From assembly GCF_009914755.1 (NCBI RefSeq), contig NC_060930.1: a DNA stretch of 64,000 nucleotides; one strand, given 5' to 3'. The stretch's first letter is position 1. Each line of letters begins with the position of its first letter. This DNA comes from the human T2T-CHM13v2.0 reference genome, Homo sapiens. Under the pieces are notes generated by a model. The model did no database searches, was not told where the DNA came from, and saw only the letters and a list, made by a program, of their open reading frames with translations. Position numbers and translations under genes: made by a program. Positions 60,209 to 64,000 of the stretch are shown piece by piece.

Positions 60209-61154
60209 TATTTTGCTTTTCCTAGCTCCTTGTAAAGATTTTCATCAGAGAATATCTAGTAAGGTGAGATGAACCCCCTCCATGTCCCCTTTGCTTATTA
60301 TCAGCTGTGACAAGCTCCTAGTTGAAGGCATAGGAGCAGGAGAATGAAAACAATGGCCCAAATGTATTTTTGGTTTTGTTTTTTGTTGTGTTCCTCACCA
60401 ACGGTAAAGGTAGAATTGTCTGCTATTGCTTACTACTCTTTTGTCAGGGAGGGTCTTCACCTTCATCCCATCTCAAGTAGTGAGTCTGATTCTAGGCCTA
60501 TCTGCCTTTTCCTGCTTCCTTCCACCTTCCCGCCTCTCTTCCTGGGGGAACCAATGTCTTCTTCATCTCTGTTCCCTTAGTGTAGTTTGGCACATACCAG
60601 ATAATCAGAATATGTTTGTTGACTGCATTGGTCCAAAGATTAGGGCTGAGAAGGTGAGAAGGAAGACATGGAACTAAAACTAGAATTTAACATAATCAGC
60701 CATGTCCTCAAAATAAAATGGAAACTAACACGAGCTAGGAAAGGTAGAGCATGTTCACTTTTACCAGCCTGGGCCTGGAAGGCACATTTCCTGCCTAAAT
60801 ATTGATTAGAGTTATCTAAAAAGTTTTGACAACTGATTGATCACTTAGGATTTCTGTATCAAAATGGAAGATAGATGACTTATTCTGTCAAACTCACCCA
60901 AATCACTGCCTTCTTCATTCAGAGGTAAGAGAAGCTTGTGTTTTATATGTCAAGCACCACACCTTGAAATCAACAGAGCAAAACAGGTTCAAAATAAAAC
61001 GTGGTGATGGGGAAAGGACTAACAAAGACAGGTTAAATGCAAACACATGCTTTAACTTGCACAGAATCATCAGTGCATGATACCACATACCCAGTGACCC
61101 AAACCGCTTTCTAAATCCTCCTCCTTTTTTCATCTCCTGTAATTGGCACGTAAC

Positions 61155-61380
61155 CCAATGGTTAAGGGTATGGAATCTGGAGCCACATCACCGTGGTTTG
61201 AATCACAGCTCGGTATTCACTCACCATTATTTTCATTTCTCTGTCCTTCACTTTCCTGATCTGTAGAATGGAAGTAATAATATTTTCTACTGCATTCAGG
61301 TTCTTGTGAGAATTAAATAAATTAATATACATGAAGTGCCAGGCACACTGCCTTCTGGACTCAATGACAGTTAAGTTTCT
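61155..61380 (+). mobile_element. MIR
   Basis: aatggttaagggtatggaatctggagcca…tttcctgatctgtagaatgg…gtgagaattaaat. Confidence 0.75.
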
Positions 61381-62139
61381 CACTGTAAATCAATATACTT
61401 TTGTTTGGTTTGTGCATAGTCCACAAGACCTAAGATAATTCCGGAGAATTTCCCTTCAGTGAAGTCACCTACTCCAAATGGGAGTACATTCCTCAAGTTA
61501 AACACAGTAGCCTCATGTCCTTTAGCAGCCAGCCGGCCTCCTTTGCCCATTTGCCAACATCAGCACCTTTTCAAACTTCAGAAACAGGGCTGGCGTCTTA
61601 CGTGGAGCCCTCAGTCTCTGCTGTCACTTACTGGCAAGAATACAGGGTCCCCCCAGATCTCCATGTCGTCTGTGACCCCATCAACTCCCCTTGGTCAGCT
61701 TGTTTCTCTCCCTACCTGGGATGCTGCATGTCAGGGTTCTCTGCATCCTGAGTGGGACCCAAAGGGGGCCTCCCTCTCCCTGCACTGGGGATCCATTCCC
61801 TGTAGGGTGAAGGGAGGAAACCAGGGTGTTTGGACCCAGGGTCTCTAGGTGAGGGTCCTTCCTGGGTTCCTATTTCATGAGCCTCAGAGCTCCTTCACTT
61901 CCTTCTGATGCTTTCTTTTTTTCCCCTTTATTCTCTCCTCTTTTCTTTCTCTCTTTCCATCTACCCTTCATAGGATTCAAATCCAAAGGCTAGATTTTTG
62001 GGTTACCCAACTCTCTTTATTTGAAGTATGTAATTCAATTCCACTACTATTTTTATAGTAATTTTTAGTTATATAAAAATATTACGTATTAGCACATTTG
62101 GTGCCCCTCTCCCCTCACTGGCAAACACCTTTTGTGGGA

Positions 62140-62238
62140 AGAAGGATTTTGTCTCCATTGTGCATGCTCCATCCCCAGGGCCCAGACAATGCCTGGCACT
62201 TAGTAGGCGCTCAGTAAATAGTTGTTGAATGAATGAAT
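62140..62238 (+). mobile_element. L2 3' end
   Basis: cccagacaatgcctggcacttagtaggcgctcagtaaatagttgttgaatgaatgaa. Confidence 0.85.
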
Positions 62239-62335
62239 ACAGTATAAAACAACATTGTCCTGTAATTTATAATGTCTGTGGGTCAATAGTTAAGGTTGGG
62301 ATTTAGGAGCTCCTCATTATTCTGTTTTGACAGAC

Positions 62336-62560
62336 TTACTACAAAATGTCTTTTCAAAGTCACCAAAGCTCACCATGCTGCAATTTGTTAGAGGGTTAAT
62401 TTTTAAAATTATAATGGTGCTTGGTAAATCTCCTTGAATTAATGAGTCTTGCAGAATTATGGCTGATGTGAAAAGGTATATAGTTAGCATCTGTTTGTTC
62501 TGTGCATATATCTCTCTTCCATGCTGTACATATATTTTAAGGAACATTTCTTTGGGTGCT
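62336..62560 (+). repeat. Left (source) arm of a 225-bp inverted repeat
   Basis: Reverse complement aligns ungapped to 63586-63810 with 5 mismatches (aligned by hand). Confidence 0.97.
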
Positions 62561-62879
62561 GTGTTTTTTTCTATTTATGTCTTCACCATAAAAATATAAA
62601 TAGATCATTTATCTCCGGTATCCTTAAAGTAGCTTGCATCACTTCACTCTTTTAAACTTTTACATAACCAAAGTTTCTGTCCCCAGTACACATTGTTTGG
62701 AAGATTTGAGTGGTTGGGGGCAACCCTGGAACCCTGAGGCAAGCTTCTGGTGACCCTTGAGGTTTACATGCAGGGCCAGGAGCTGAGGGTGCAGGCTGCT
62801 GGGGGCTTCATTCCCAGGAACACCGTGAAGGATACTGTGGTGTTCGCCCTACCTGGCACCAGACCAGATATTATACTTA

Positions 62880-63080
62880 ATGCTTAATATACGATATCTC
62901 ATTTAAACTGATGGCAACTCAATAAAGTGAATACTGCAGCTATTACCATTTTATAGATGAGAAAACCAAGGCTTAGAGAACTGAGTAACTTGTCCTCAGT
63001 CCACACAAGTAGGTAAGTGGCAAAGCTGGGATTGAACCCCCAGTCCATGTGATTCTAGAGCCCGTACTCTTATCCGCTAG
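62880..63080 (-). mobile_element. MIR (inside the inverted-repeat loop)
   Basis: ccattttatagatgagaaaaccaaggcttagaga…agtaacttgtcc…gtaagtggcaaagctgggattgaaccc. Confidence 0.85.
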
Positions 63081-63546
63081 GCTGTGTAGGATAGACTGAT
63101 GGGGACCCACAGGCCAAGTTTGGCAGATGTGGTCTAGGGTTGCTCATGAGTTGAAAGCAGTAATTGTTGGTGAGTGAGGCCTAAAAATATCCTTCTCATT
63201 GCCTTTTTGATAAAAAGACCCCAGACTTTTTCTGAGAAGGGGCTTCTTAGATTTCCTACAGGTACTTTGATCATTGGGAAAGGTTCAGGTGACAATCGTA
63301 TTATAGGGCAAGCAAGGGAAAGGGCCCCACTGCCGGACCCATTTTCTTTCCTGTTAGGAAACCTTTCTAACTAAGGTCAGAGGACCGAGCCTGGGGTTTT
63401 AAAAGAATTCACGGAGCAAAAGTGCAGGGGCATTCAGGAGGGGGACATGGAATGTGGCACGGTACCAGCAGTAGGCCGAGAGATGTCACCTGAATCTTCA
63501 AGGTCTAATGGTAGTTATCCTGGTACCGATGTCAAAGTGGGCCACA

Positions 63547-64000
<454 letters not shown>

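Overview
Primate, almost certainly human, nuclear DNA. It lies inside the FARS2 gene (mitochondrial phenylalanyl-tRNA synthetase, + strand; 6p25 from prior knowledge). The only supportable protein-coding sequence is one 152-nt exon at 26459-26610 encoding [50 protein letters not shown](K), the start of the C-terminal anticodon-binding domain. The ORF track misses it. The rest is intron: a near full-length HNRNPA1 processed pseudogene (- strand, 14-bp TSD), about 15 Alu elements, MIR/L1/L2 relics, MaLR/ERV solo LTRs, Tigger/hAT MITEs and microsatellites. Apart from HNRNPA1 pseudogene fragments, the listed ORFs look like chance or repeat-derived frames. I found no new multi-gene system. The most unusual structure is a 225-bp inverted copy (220/225 identical) of local non-repeat sequence 62336-62560, inserted inside an AluY at 63586-63810. 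It creates a long pre-mRNA stem-loop and a possible chimeric cryptic exon. Repeat subfamily calls and boundaries are by eye from remembered consensus sequences and need RepeatMasker/Dfam confirmation.
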